Positions 1 through 9,272 of a stretch of 64,000 nt of DNA are shown one piece after another. The notes below the pieces were generated by a model. The model searched no databases and was not told the DNA's origin. It was given only the letters and a program-made list of their open reading frames with translations. The translations under genes and the position numbers were made by a program. Every line of letters starts with the position of its first letter. Positions within the stretch are counted from its first letter, which is position 1. This DNA is from Deltaproteobacteria bacterium GWA2_38_16. GTDB taxonomy: Bacteria; Bdellovibrionota; JACOXK01; 2-02-FULL-40-11. The DNA lies in NCBI GenBank assembly GCA_001797335.1, contig MGPE01000011.1, positions 12,079 through 76,078 on the forward strand. The letters are read 5' to 3'.

Positions 1-1
1 G

Positions 2-217
2 GTAAAAAAAGAAGGTCTAGCAGGAAAGTGGATATATACCGTCGAAAATAATAAAGCTCATCTTCGTGAAATTAAAATAGGGCTAGAAAGTGCCCAGGAT
101 ATTGAAGTCATAAGTCCCTTAGATACCCAATCCATTGTTGTCACGGCCGGTCAAAGTGAGCTTTTTGATAATGCAACGGTTTCCGTCGTCACACCACCTC
201 CCCATGGAAATCATTAA
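2..217 (+). CDS. RND efflux periplasmic adaptor (membrane-fusion protein), C-terminal fragment; 5' end lies outside the window
   Basis: Frame is open from the window edge to TAA at 215-217 (...IYTVENNKAHLREIKIGLESAQDIEVISPLDTQSIVVTAGQSELFDNATVSVV...). The tail looks like an AcrA/HlyD-type adaptor. Its stop overlaps the ATG (204) of the downstream RND pump. Confidence 0.55.
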   Translation, partial: VKKEGLAGKWIYTVENNKAHLREIKIGLESAQDIEVISPLDTQSIVVTAGQSELFDNATVSVVTPPPHGNH

Positions 218-3200
218 ATTTTTTATTCGACGTCGTATTACGACTTTATTTTTAAATCTAGGCATTTTACTGCTCGGGCTTTTTTGTTTAAATAAAACTT
301 CTATTGATCTTTTTCCACCGATTAACCTTCCTTCGTTAACCATTGCCATTCCAGCACCTGGATTAAGCTCTCAAGATATTGAAAAAAAAATTACGCGTCC
401 TATCGAAGAAATTTTTAATACCCTGCCAAAACTCAATACGATTCGTTCCGAAAGCCAATCCAATCAAGCTACCTTTCAACTAAAATTCAACTGGGGAACT
501 TCTATTGATTTTGCTGCCCTTTCAGTCCGAGAGCTCTTAAAAACCATCTCACTCCCCGAAGAAGCCGAAAGCCCGATGATCTATAGATGGAATCCCTCAG
601 AAGATCCGATTTTAAGAGTCGATATTTCTTCTTCCTACTCCCTCGATAAACTCACGCAAATTGTTGAGCATGTTATCCAACCTCAGCTAGAGCGTATTTC
701 CGGTGTTGCCACAATTCATATTTCTGGGACTCTTCATCCTGAAATCAAAGTAAAGATCGATCCTCAAGAGCTGAGTGGTCGCGGACTCAATCTCTTCCAG
801 GTGAGAGAAATGCTCACCAAAACCAATCTTCAAACCCAAATGGGGACCTATGAAGAAGGAAGATATGCGCTCCCCATTAAACTTAATTCGCAGTTTAAAT
901 CGATAGATGATATTCAAAATCTTCCCCTCTACACAAATCCCAAACATCCTATTCGATTAAAAGATATAGCGCAGATCACCGAAGAATTTGAAGAGACTAA
1001 AACACGTGCTCGTGTTTCAAAACAAGAAAGTATCGGACTTTCTATTAAAAAAGCACAAAATGCCCATACGCTTAATGTTATTAAAGCCATTAAAGAAACG
1101 TTACATGCTATTACCCAAAAAGATCCCCGCCTAACGCTCACCTACTCTAAGGATGATTCCATTTATATTAAGACCAGCCGATCGATTCTCATGTCTAACC
1201 TCTGGCAGGGATCTGTCTTGACCTTTATTGTGGTTCTTATTTTTTTAAGAAATCTCATCGCAACGTTAATTATTTCAATTGCTATTCCAATTTCAGTCAT
1301 TGGAACCTTTGCGCTCATGGAATTTTTTGGTGTCAGTCAAAATGTTTTTTCTCTGGCCGGATTTACCCTTGCAGCCGGCATGGTGGTCGATGGCGCTATC
1401 GTGATCTTAGAAAATATTTATCGACATTGTCAGGAAGAAGGAAAATCTCCCTGGAGAGCAGCGGTGGAAGGAACCGAAGAAATTGCGTTGGGCGTAGTGT
1501 CATCTGTCGTCACTACGATGGCTATTTTTATTCCTGTCGTGCTTTGCATTAAAGGTATTTTTGGAATTTTATTTAAAGATATTGCTTTTACCTTTACTAT
1601 TGCCTTAGCTTTGTCTTTAATTGTCGGTTTTTCTCTTATTCCTTGTGCCTGTGTTCTTTTTTTAAAACGAGAAGGTGGAGTTAAAACTCTTTCTTTTTTA
1701 ACTCATCCCTTTCTCACTAAACCCGCCCTTTGGGTACAACACTTTTTTTTAAATACGCTATCTCATCTCATCGACCATCCTAAAAAAGCTTTTTTCTCTA
1801 TCACCTTTATTTATGGCATTTCTTTTGGATCTATAGCGCTGCTACCAGGATTGGATTTAGTTCCCTTAGGAGAATTTAAAAATTTTTTAATTCAACTTAA
1901 AGGTCCCAAAGGATTTCCCATCGATAAAATGGATCAAAAAACAATGATACTGGAAGAAAAATTATATCAACGCCCAGAAATTAAAACCTTAGCCTCCGAG
2001 ATTGGTCCTCAGACCTCATATCTCTTTGCCACATTAGCTCAGGGGGAAACCTCGTTACCCAAAGCTGATCAGTATTTAAATACTCTCAGAAAAGAATTAA
2101 AACCGCCCGATATCGATACAAAAATTATAGAATTCCAAAAACTTGATACTACCGAAGGATATGGAAAGCCTCTTTCTCTCATTGTTCGGCACTCTGATCC
2201 ACAGATTCGAAAATCTATTCTTCTTCAACTCACAGAGCAGTTTAAAAAAATTCCAGACCTCATTTATATTTCAACGAGCGAAGAAAAAAATGAACCCGAA
2301 ATTCATGTATCCCTAGACCATCAAAGATTAAAAGACCAGGGTCTAACTCCCAAAGAAATTTCCGCTTCTATTTATGCCCATATGAAAGGATTAAAAGGAG
2401 GCGCGCTGGTTCAATCTGAAAAAAATGATATTCCTATTCGCATCATTGAAAAAGAAGAAAAAGAAAAAACGCTAGAAGACCTAAAGCATTTACCTTTTGT
2501 TTCCAAAACCTCTCCTTCTAAAATTATTCCTCTAGAAACATTTTCAGCTTTAAGTCTTTCAGAAGGAGAAACCATTGTTGAGCATACCAATAGTCTTCCC
2601 TCTTCTACTCTTTCTTCCTATTTAAAAACCGATCGACGTTCTTTAGAGCACATTGTCTCTGATATCCATTCTGTCATTAATCAACATCCCACCTGGAAAG
2701 ATTCTATTTTAATTGAAAGCTCGCTTAAAGTATTTAAAGATACATTCTCAGATCTTTTTATTGCGCTCATTATTGCCATTCTTTTGGTCTATATGATTTT
2801 AGCCGCCCAATTTGAATCCTTTTCACAGCCCTTTATCTTAATGCTTACATTTCCTTTAGCCGCTGTGGGGGTTTTGATCGGAGTTAAACTCTGGGGATTG
2901 TATTTAAACGTCATTGTGATGGTGGGGATTATTTTACTGGTCGGGATTACGTGCGATTCTGGGATGCTTCTTATTGAATACACCAATATTTTAAGACGCC
3001 GGGGAATGGATCGAAAAGAAGCTATTTTAACCGCTCTAAAACATCGCATGCGTCCCATTTTTATTACGGTATTAACCGATGTTTTTGGTACCGCTCCTAT
3101 GGCTTTTAGCAGGGGCGCTGGGGCAGAGATGTATCAAGGATTTGGAGTTGTCACCATGTTTGGCCTAACAGCAGCCACGGCTCTTACCCTCATTGCCACC

Positions 3201-3320
3201 CCTATTTTATATATCTTAATTGAAGATGTTAGCGATACGATCCAGCTTAAATGGCTTTGGATGAAAACATTATGGATCCCCGATCAGATCGGGGATGACA
3301 AAAAGGAGCAAACGTTATGA
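204..3320 (+). CDS. RND (AcrB/MdtB-type) efflux permease, copy 1
   Basis: 1038 aa counted from ATG 204. N-terminus MEIIKFFIRRRITT matches the canonical AcrB start. 12-TM architecture with two large periplasmic loops. Motifs FSLAGFTLAAGMVVDGAIVILENI and AAQFESFSQPF are present. The listed 135 TTG start was rejected on homology. Confidence 0.93.
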   Translation: MEIIKFFIRRRITTLFLNLGILLLGLFCLNKTSIDLFPPINLPSLTIAIPAPGLSSQDIEKKITRPIEEIFNTLPKLNTIRSESQSNQATFQLKFNWGTSIDFAALSVRELLKTISLPEEAESPMIYRWNPSEDPILRVDISSSYSLDKLTQIVEHVIQPQLERISGVATIHISGTLHPEIKVKIDPQELSGRGLNLFQVREMLTKTNLQTQMGTYEEGRYALPIKLNSQFKSIDDIQNLPLYTNPKHPIRLKDIAQITEEFEETKTRARVSKQESIGLSIKKAQNAHTLNVIKAIKETLHAITQKDPRLTLTYSKDDSIYIKTSRSILMSNLWQGSVLTFIVVLIFLRNLIATLIISIAIPISVIGTFALMEFFGVSQNVFSLAGFTLAAGMVVDGAIVILENIYRHCQEEGKSPWRAAVEGTEEIALGVVSSVVTTMAIFIPVVLCIKGIFGILFKDIAFTFTIALALSLIVGFSLIPCACVLFLKREGGVKTLSFLTHPFLTKPALWVQHFFLNTLSHLIDHPKKAFFSITFIYGISFGSIALLPGLDLVPLGEFKNFLIQLKGPKGFPIDKMDQKTMILEEKLYQRPEIKTLASEIGPQTSYLFATLAQGETSLPKADQYLNTLRKELKPPDIDTKIIEFQKLDTTEGYGKPLSLIVRHSDPQIRKSILLQLTEQFKKIPDLIYISTSEEKNEPEIHVSLDHQRLKDQGLTPKEISASIYAHMKGLKGGALVQSEKNDIPIRIIEKEEKEKTLEDLKHLPFVSKTSPSKIIPLETFSALSLSEGETIVEHTNSLPSSTLSSYLKTDRRSLEHIVSDIHSVINQHPTWKDSILIESSLKVFKDTFSDLFIALIIAILLVYMILAAQFESFSQPFILMLTFPLAAVGVLIGVKLWGLYLNVIVMVGIILLVGITCDSGMLLIEYTNILRRRGMDRKEAILTALKHRMRPIFITVLTDVFGTAPMAFSRGAGAEMYQGFGVVTMFGLTAATALTLIATPILYILIEDVSDTIQLKWLWMKTLWIPDQIGDDKKEQTL

Positions 3321-3610
3321 TGAAAGCATTTCTCATTATTTGCGACCAAGAACTTCAACCCGAAATGGATTTTTTATTGCGTGCTAATAAAATTGAGCAG
3401 TTTTCTCTTTTTACCCACGTTCAAGGAAAAGGAGAATCTGGACTTAAAACTGGAGATTCCATTGGCCCTGGCTTAAACCATGCTTATTGGATTGTGGTGA
3501 AAGAAAGCCTGGCCACACCATTTTTAAAAGAACTTAAAGAGTTTAAACACAAAAAATTAAAAAATAAGGGCATTCAAGTGTTTATCTTGCCCGTTGAGGA
3601 ATCGTTTTAA
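3317..3610 (+). CDS. Small (97 aa) soluble protein between the two RND genes; tentatively a P-II-like, transporter-associated protein (DUF3240 / PG0541-like)
   Basis: AAGGAG sits 8 nt upstream. ATG overlaps the RND1 stop (ATGA) and its TAA overlaps the RND2 ATG (TAATG). Size and predicted beta-alpha-beta pattern fit small P-II-fold proteins found next to RND pumps. The family assignment is from memory only. Confidence 0.55.
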   Translation: MMKAFLIICDQELQPEMDFLLRANKIEQFSLFTHVQGKGESGLKTGDSIGPGLNHAYWIVVKESLATPFLKELKEFKHKKLKNKGIQVFILPVEESF

Positions 3611-6600
3611 TGAAATTTATTTCATTTTGTGTCAACCGCCCCATTGCAACGATGATGATGCTTTCTATTCTTATCTTTTTTGGGCTTATCAGTTTATGGA
3701 GAATTCCCGTTGATTTATTTCCGAATGTTAGCCATCCCCAACTTTCCATCGTTACCAAATTTGAAAATGCATCGAGCGAAGAAATTGAAAAAAATATTAC
3801 CAAACCTTTAGAAGAAGAACTCTCGTTTTTAAAAAACCTTGAATATATTCGCTCGCTCTCCCAAGAGGGAGAATCTCGTATTGAGCTTATGTTTCGATGG
3901 GGAACGCACATGGATTTTGCAGCTTTAGAAACCCGTGAAAAAATTGATTTGGTCAAATCCCGCCTTCCTGAGGATGCCAACGATCCCATTCTAGAGCGCT
4001 ATAATCCCAATGCTCAGGCCATTCTCATGATTCATGCAGCAGGAGAAACTCAATCTCAAACCGAAAATTTAAGAGAAATTTGTCATGCTCAAGTAAAGCC
4101 TATTTTAGAAAGAATTTTAGGCATTGCACAAGTTAAAATTTTTGGAGGAGAAGAAAAAGAAATTGAAGTGGCATTAAATCCTCATCACTTAAAATCTTAT
4201 GGTCTCTCTTCTGAAGAGGTTATTCATGCCTTAAAAACATCAAACATAAGCTCTCGAGGAGGCACTTTACGAGAAGGCAACATTGATCTTCTCATTAAAA
4301 CCTCTTCCAAGCTTACCTCCACAGAAGACATTTTAAATACTGTGGTCGGTGAAAAAAATAAAAAACTCATCTACTTAAAAAATTTAGGAACGGCTCAGGT
4401 TATTTCAAAAATTAAAAAAGACCATGCGTTTTTAAATGGGGAACCTTCCGTTACATTGGCCCTGTATAAAGAACCCTCTGGCAATACCCTATCTATTTCT
4501 AAAAAATTTCTGAAATTAAAATCTACTCTTGAAAAAGAATCTCACCTAAAACTTAAAGTCACCTATGACCAAGCTGATATTATCAAAGATTCTCTTTCCA
4601 TGGTTAAAAGCAATGCCCTTCAAGGAGCGCTGCTCACGATTTTAATCTTATTTATATTCTTAAAAAATTTTTCAACAACCTTTATTGTCGCTATTTCCAT
4701 CCCTTTTTCCGTTATTTGTTCTTTTTTTCTTCTCTATACCAATGGGGTTACGCTCAACATCTTTTCTTTGGCTGGTATTGCTCTAGCTCTGGGGATGGTG
4801 GTAGATGCATCGATTGTCATCTTAGAAAATATTTTTGAACATCTCTCCCAAGATATTAAACCCAAAACTGCTGCCATCAATGCAACGATTGAAGTGGGAG
4901 GAGCCGTCATTGCCTCCACCCTCACCACGCTGGCGGTGTTTGTTCCCATTCTCTTTGTCAAAGGCCCCTTAGGAATTATTTTTAAAGATTTATCCCTTTC
5001 AATTATTTATGGGCTCATCTTTTCTATGATTATTTCTTTTTCTTTTATCCCCATGATTGCAGCCTTGATTTTAAAGCCTCCTTCAAAAGAAAAATTAGAA
5101 GATAGAATTGATCGGTGGAAAAATATTGTTTTACAAGGGCTTTCTATTTTAAACCAAGTCTATCATCTAGGAACCAAAATTGCCAAAATGTACGAAGATC
5201 TACTTCGACGGTTTACACTCACCCCCAAAGAACTGTACAAAAAAGCCCTAGAACAAACCCATATGGGAGAAAAAACCATTGAAATTATTCAAACCACCGT
5301 TGAAAAACAATTTGAACGAACCTTAAAAGAAGCCATTCAAAGCTGGAAATCAAGAGTGAGCGTGATTGCCGTTGTTTTTATCCTCTTTTTTGTCTCACTT
5401 CTTTTTATTCCAAAAACAGAATTTCTCCCAGAAGCCCTGCAAAATCACTATGAACTCAATGTCCATTATCCTCCGGGAACTTCTCTACTAGCCACTCAAG
5501 AAGGATGTAAAGCAATCGACACCTATTTAAGAACACTCCCTAATATTTCACAAACCCATTTAAAAATTGTGGCCGCCCAAGGAACGTTTTTAATTTATTT
5601 TGTAAAACCCAAAAAAGCCCTAAAAACATTAAGTGACATGAGACACCATTTAAGGAAAATTCCAGACATTCACTTTTCTGTATCGGCTTTAAGCCCCTTA
5701 AATGCCATTACCTCAGGGCTTGAAACCAGAAGTTTAGATTTTAAAATGAAAGGCCCAGACATCGCTATTTTAAAAGCTAAAAGTAAGCTTTTTTCTGAGG
5801 AAATAAAAAAAATAGAAGGCGTCACAGCGGTTGCCATTTCCCATGAATCTTCTGCACCTGAAATGAAAGTAATCATTGACCAAGATAAAGCCGCCGATAT
5901 GGCCTTAACTTCTCAAATCATTGCAAGAAGCCTTAAAGATCAACTCTATGGCATTGAAGCCACAACGCTGAGCCAAGAAGGTAAAAAAGATATATCGGTA
6001 GTGGTGAGAAGTAAAACCGGTGCACTCGACACCCTTCAAAAATTAAAAGACCTCATGATCCCTTCTCCATTAAATATTCATGTTCCTCTTTCAAGTATTG
6101 CCACCTTTGAAGAAGTCTTCTCTCCCTCTATGCTTCCTCGAGAAGAAAAAGAAAGAACGCTCACCCTTCTCACCTCTATTGATTCTTCTACAGCACCAGA
6201 CACAGTCATCCAGCACCTTCCCAACATCAAATTACCCTCTGATTATAGTTTTACAATTGGCCCTCAAATAAAACTTTTTAAGAAATCATTTTCGGACTTA
6301 AAAATTGCAATCATCGTAGCCATTATCTTGATCTACATGGTCATGGCTGCTCAATTTGAATCCCTTCTTCACCCCTTCACCATTTTATTTTCTGTCCCTC
6401 TTTCTCTCATTGGAGTTACGGCATCTTTAGTTCTTTTCCGAGAATATTTAAGTATTTCAGCTTATATTGGAATTATTATTTTAGCGGGGATTGCCGTGAA
6501 TAACGCCATTGTTCTTATTGACTACATCAATATTTTAAGACGCCGCGGAATTGACCGGGAAGAAGCCATTCTCCAGGCTGGGAAAAGAAGACTTCGCCCC

Positions 6601-6846
6601 ATTCTCATGACCTCACTCACCACTATTTTTGGAATGATTCCCATGGCACTGGGGATTGGTTCTGGAGCAGAGCTCTATCAACCCTTGGCCATTGTGATGG
6701 TAGGAGGGATGATTAGCTCTACCCTTCTTACACTTCTTTTTATCCCCACAATTTATTGCTTTTTCGATGATCTTGGCGATATACTGGGTTTTGGATTATT
6801 AAAACTTCAAGTCTTATGGCAAAAAAAATCTTCATCGCCGTTATAA
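3610..6846 (+). CDS. RND (AcrB/MdtC-type) efflux permease, copy 2
   Basis: 1078 aa. N-terminus MKFISFCVNRPIATMMM. Motifs FSLAGIALALGMVVDASIVILENI and AAQFESLLHPF. It is a paralog of copy 1, in a tandem layout like mdtB-mdtC. Confidence 0.93.
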   Translation: MKFISFCVNRPIATMMMLSILIFFGLISLWRIPVDLFPNVSHPQLSIVTKFENASSEEIEKNITKPLEEELSFLKNLEYIRSLSQEGESRIELMFRWGTHMDFAALETREKIDLVKSRLPEDANDPILERYNPNAQAILMIHAAGETQSQTENLREICHAQVKPILERILGIAQVKIFGGEEKEIEVALNPHHLKSYGLSSEEVIHALKTSNISSRGGTLREGNIDLLIKTSSKLTSTEDILNTVVGEKNKKLIYLKNLGTAQVISKIKKDHAFLNGEPSVTLALYKEPSGNTLSISKKFLKLKSTLEKESHLKLKVTYDQADIIKDSLSMVKSNALQGALLTILILFIFLKNFSTTFIVAISIPFSVICSFFLLYTNGVTLNIFSLAGIALALGMVVDASIVILENIFEHLSQDIKPKTAAINATIEVGGAVIASTLTTLAVFVPILFVKGPLGIIFKDLSLSIIYGLIFSMIISFSFIPMIAALILKPPSKEKLEDRIDRWKNIVLQGLSILNQVYHLGTKIAKMYEDLLRRFTLTPKELYKKALEQTHMGEKTIEIIQTTVEKQFERTLKEAIQSWKSRVSVIAVVFILFFVSLLFIPKTEFLPEALQNHYELNVHYPPGTSLLATQEGCKAIDTYLRTLPNISQTHLKIVAAQGTFLIYFVKPKKALKTLSDMRHHLRKIPDIHFSVSALSPLNAITSGLETRSLDFKMKGPDIAILKAKSKLFSEEIKKIEGVTAVAISHESSAPEMKVIIDQDKAADMALTSQIIARSLKDQLYGIEATTLSQEGKKDISVVVRSKTGALDTLQKLKDLMIPSPLNIHVPLSSIATFEEVFSPSMLPREEKERTLTLLTSIDSSTAPDTVIQHLPNIKLPSDYSFTIGPQIKLFKKSFSDLKIAIIVAIILIYMVMAAQFESLLHPFTILFSVPLSLIGVTASLVLFREYLSISAYIGIIILAGIAVNNAIVLIDYINILRRRGIDREEAILQAGKRRLRPILMTSLTTIFGMIPMALGIGSGAELYQPLAIVMVGGMISSTLLTLLFIPTIYCFFDDLGDILGFGLLKLQVLWQKKSSSPL

Positions 6847-7229
6847 GCCTTCTTCTCTTCTCACATTGCTCTTCTATTAAAGTAGGGAAAGTAGAAAAAG
6901 AGAAGGCCTTATCGGGAACCTCCTCCCCAAGTTATGAAGAGCTGTGGCAAGCCGCCTATCAAGTTTCTTTAAAGTATCCTCTACGTGACTTCTCCAAAGA
7001 AGAGGGAGCCATAGAATCCGATTGGATCACAGAAGGAGAATTTACGCGATATCGGTTTTTTATTTCCATTGATTCAGAATCCACTCCCATAGGATTTGAT
7101 ATTGATGTTCAAAGTCAAAGACGAAAAACATCCACCTTCCGATGGCAATGGGTGGAGCCCTCGTTAGATAAATCTGAAAATCTTAAAAACTCCATTCATG
7201 AGCATCTCAAAAAAATTAGAGCTACCTAA
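6816..7229 (+). CDS. Small lipoprotein, DUF3576/BamC-like (tentative)
   Basis: Signal peptide with a lipobox-like LLFSHC. The segment YEELWQAAYQVSLKYPL...EGAIESDWITEGEFTRYRFFISI resembles the LW.A...PL...G.I.TDW...R motif of DUF3576-type lipoproteins. It overlaps the RND2 3' end by 31 nt. Confidence 0.5.
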   Translation: MAKKIFIAVISLLLFSHCSSIKVGKVEKEKALSGTSSPSYEELWQAAYQVSLKYPLRDFSKEEGAIESDWITEGEFTRYRFFISIDSESTPIGFDIDVQSQRRKTSTFRWQWVEPSLDKSENLKNSIHEHLKKIRAT

Positions 7230-7740
7230 ACTTATTTCTTTTTATGGGGCACTGTCTCTTATTGCCCTGCTTTGGATAAAATTTGCACACTTTGACATTG
7301 CTTTTTTTGGGTGGAAAGGATTACCAGAGTCCTACCTCATTGCCTTTTCCCTATTTGCATTATCACAAGGAGCAAGTCATAAAACCAGCTGGGCTGAACA
7401 ATTAGAAAAACTTTTCGCCTCGCTTCTTACTCCGCTTCCTTTGTCACTCATCTTTGGAATTTCTCTTTTCAGTAGTATTGGAGAAGAGCTTCTTTTCCGA
7501 GGGGCCATTCAAAATCAATTTGGACTTGTCGCTGCCAGTATTCTTTTTGGACTCGTTCATTTTCCGATGACAAAACTCATGATTCCTTGGACAGTGATGG
7601 CTATGTTTATGGGATTCGTACTGGGAGGACTCTATATTTACTCTGGCAACCTCCTAGCCCCCATCATGCTTCACTTCCTGATTAATTTTTTAAACCTCTG
7701 GGCCCTCGATCAAAAATATGGGCAAAAATCTGACCTGTAA
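7198..7740 (+). CDS. CPBP family intramembrane glutamic endopeptidase (CAAX protease / Abi family)
   Basis: Multi-TM protein carrying the diagnostic motifs EELLFRG, LFGLVHF and MLHFLINF. Confidence 0.8.
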   Translation: MSISKKLELPKLISFYGALSLIALLWIKFAHFDIAFFGWKGLPESYLIAFSLFALSQGASHKTSWAEQLEKLFASLLTPLPLSLIFGISLFSSIGEELLFRGAIQNQFGLVAASILFGLVHFPMTKLMIPWTVMAMFMGFVLGGLYIYSGNLLAPIMLHFLINFLNLWALDQKYGQKSDL

Positions 7741-7802
7741 ATACAAAAATACATTGCTTATCAAAGCAGCTTAAGTTAAATAAGATTTTAGGAGGTATCG
7801 TT

Positions 7803-8180
7803 ATGAAAACTTTAGTTTTCTCAATCTTATTTGGTCTTATATCTATGGTTGGATTGGCTGGGCATGATCCCAATATTACCGTTACCGTCGATGGAAAAAC
7901 CTATGCCTGTTCTGAATCGGGCACTCCGATCCCTTCCCCTACGAATTGCTCTGAGGCCACGGCTGTGTTTAAAAACAAAATAAATACCTGTTTTAAGAAT
8001 CGCCCTTATTCTGATAAAGCAGATTTTTGTCTCTCAGCAGAATGGCCTAAATTTAAATCTACTGCTAATGATAAGCAGTGCATTTATTTTGCATCGGAAA
8101 CTTGTTTCAGTATGTGCGCAGAAAATTATAACTATTCCGACAAAGCAGACCATTGCAATAAGCTGTGCAACCTGGATTAG
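7803..8180 (+). CDS. Exported cysteine-rich protein (125 aa), unknown family
   Basis: Strong RBS AGGAGG 7 nt upstream. Signal peptide MKTLVFSILFGLISMVGLAG. Nine Cys in the mature part. Internal duplication YSDKADFC / YSDKADHC. Confidence 0.65.
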   Translation: MKTLVFSILFGLISMVGLAGHDPNITVTVDGKTYACSESGTPIPSPTNCSEATAVFKNKINTCFKNRPYSDKADFCLSAEWPKFKSTANDKQCIYFASETCFSMCAENYNYSDKADHCNKLCNLD

Positions 8181-9272
8181 TTGATTGTAAAAAGAAGACA
8201 GTTGGCAGTTCTTCTTCTATGGGGGCTTTTTTTTTCTACCTCCCAGCCTCTCTATGGTTTTTTCTATCATTTTTCAGAGGATCCCAACAATGCGTATCAA
8301 TGGAATAGACAAAACCTGGATAATGGAAAAATCGACACCGGGGATTGGTATGAGTGGTGGTTTTATAAAGTTAATGATCCCAAAACAGGAGATGCTTTCT
8401 TCTTTTGCTATGGGGTTGTAAATCCCTGGGACAAAGATGGAACCTCTGCCCATTCTCGTGCATTTGTAACTTTTGGTGATTTTAAAAAAAAAATAATCTT
8501 ATCCTCCACACATCCCATCTCTCAATTTAACGCAAGCTATGACTCCGCATTTATTCAAGTAGGCAATCATACGTCCGACGGAAACCATCTTGAAGCCCAA
8601 TTTAATGACCAAGGGCACACCGTCCAATGGAATTTAGAGATTCAAAAGAAAATAAGTTGGAATGCCATGGGATGGGGGATGGACCATCCCTCTCTTTTTA
8701 ATATCTATTGGTATCCAGCACAAATGGATGCAGACATCTCGGGGACCTTAATTATTGATGGAAAAGAATATTTTTTTGAAAAAGCAGATGGCTATCAAGA
8801 CCGAAACTGGGGAAGAACGTTTCCAAAATGGTGGTTTTGGATATCTGCAAATTCATTTCTAGAAAATCCCCAAAGTTCATTTGTAGGAGGTGGAGGAGAT
8901 GCTCAAATTTCATATGGAGTACCCGTTCCCACAGCCATTCTCTTGGCCTTACATCACGAAGGTGAACTCTATGAATTTCGTTCGTCTGAACCACACTATT
9001 TTTTTGAATGGAAAATAAATTTAGGTCACTGGGAACTCACCGCAACCAACTTAGATTACCGTCTAAAAGTATTGGCATCTGCCGATAGTAGCCAATTCAT
9101 GGACATACAGTTTCCCACCCCTACCGGCGAAATATTTCATGATTATGAAACCCTGAACGGCCAACTTCATATTGAGCTCTATAAGAATAAATCCTGGCTT
9201 GGTTGGGAAAAAATAGTAGATTTATCAACGAAAAACACAGCCGGCCTTGAATATGGCCAAGATCACCCTTAA
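8181..9272 (+). CDS. Exported tocopherol-cyclase-like (PF14249-like) protein
   Basis: TTG start immediately follows the previous stop. The N-terminus is signal-like. EWWFYKVNDPKTGDAFFFCYGVVNPWD and YQDRNWGRTFPKWWFWISANSF resemble the EGWYFR... and ...NWG..FP..W.W.Q.N motifs of the tocopherol cyclase family. Confidence 0.6.
   Translation: MIVKRRQLAVLLLWGLFFSTSQPLYGFFYHFSEDPNNAYQWNRQNLDNGKIDTGDWYEWWFYKVNDPKTGDAFFFCYGVVNPWDKDGTSAHSRAFVTFGDFKKKIILSSTHPISQFNASYDSAFIQVGNHTSDGNHLEAQFNDQGHTVQWNLEIQKKISWNAMGWGMDHPSLFNIYWYPAQMDADISGTLIIDGKEYFFEKADGYQDRNWGRTFPKWWFWISANSFLENPQSSFVGGGGDAQISYGVPVPTAILLALHHEGELYEFRSSEPHYFFEWKINLGHWELTATNLDYRLKVLASADSSQFMDIQFPTPTGEIFHDYETLNGQLHIELYKNKSWLGWEKIVDLSTKNTAGLEYGQDHP

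Noticed and set aside
135-203. An upstream TTG (135) or ATG (171) start for the first RND pump, as in the ORF track.
   Set aside because: These would add a non-homologous extension lying entirely inside the adaptor gene. ATG 204 gives the canonical M-x-x-x-K-F-F-I-R-R N-terminus.
3582-3989. 135-aa minus-strand ORF, plus many other 60-125-aa ORFs antisense to long genes (for example 687-947, 929-1141, 2789-3058, 15226-15594, 22868-23209, 26187-26567, 27017-27346, 59395-59712, 61463-61819).
   Set aside because: All are fully embedded antisense to, or out of frame within, genes with strong homology signals. Their composition is typical of shadow ORFs in low-GC DNA, and none carries a recognisable motif.
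9269-9272. Convergent genes (tocopherol-cyclase-like and rsmB) whose stop codons overlap in the palindrome TTAA, with no terminator between them.
   Set aside because: It is real but expected in a compact genome, and there is no evidence of special function.
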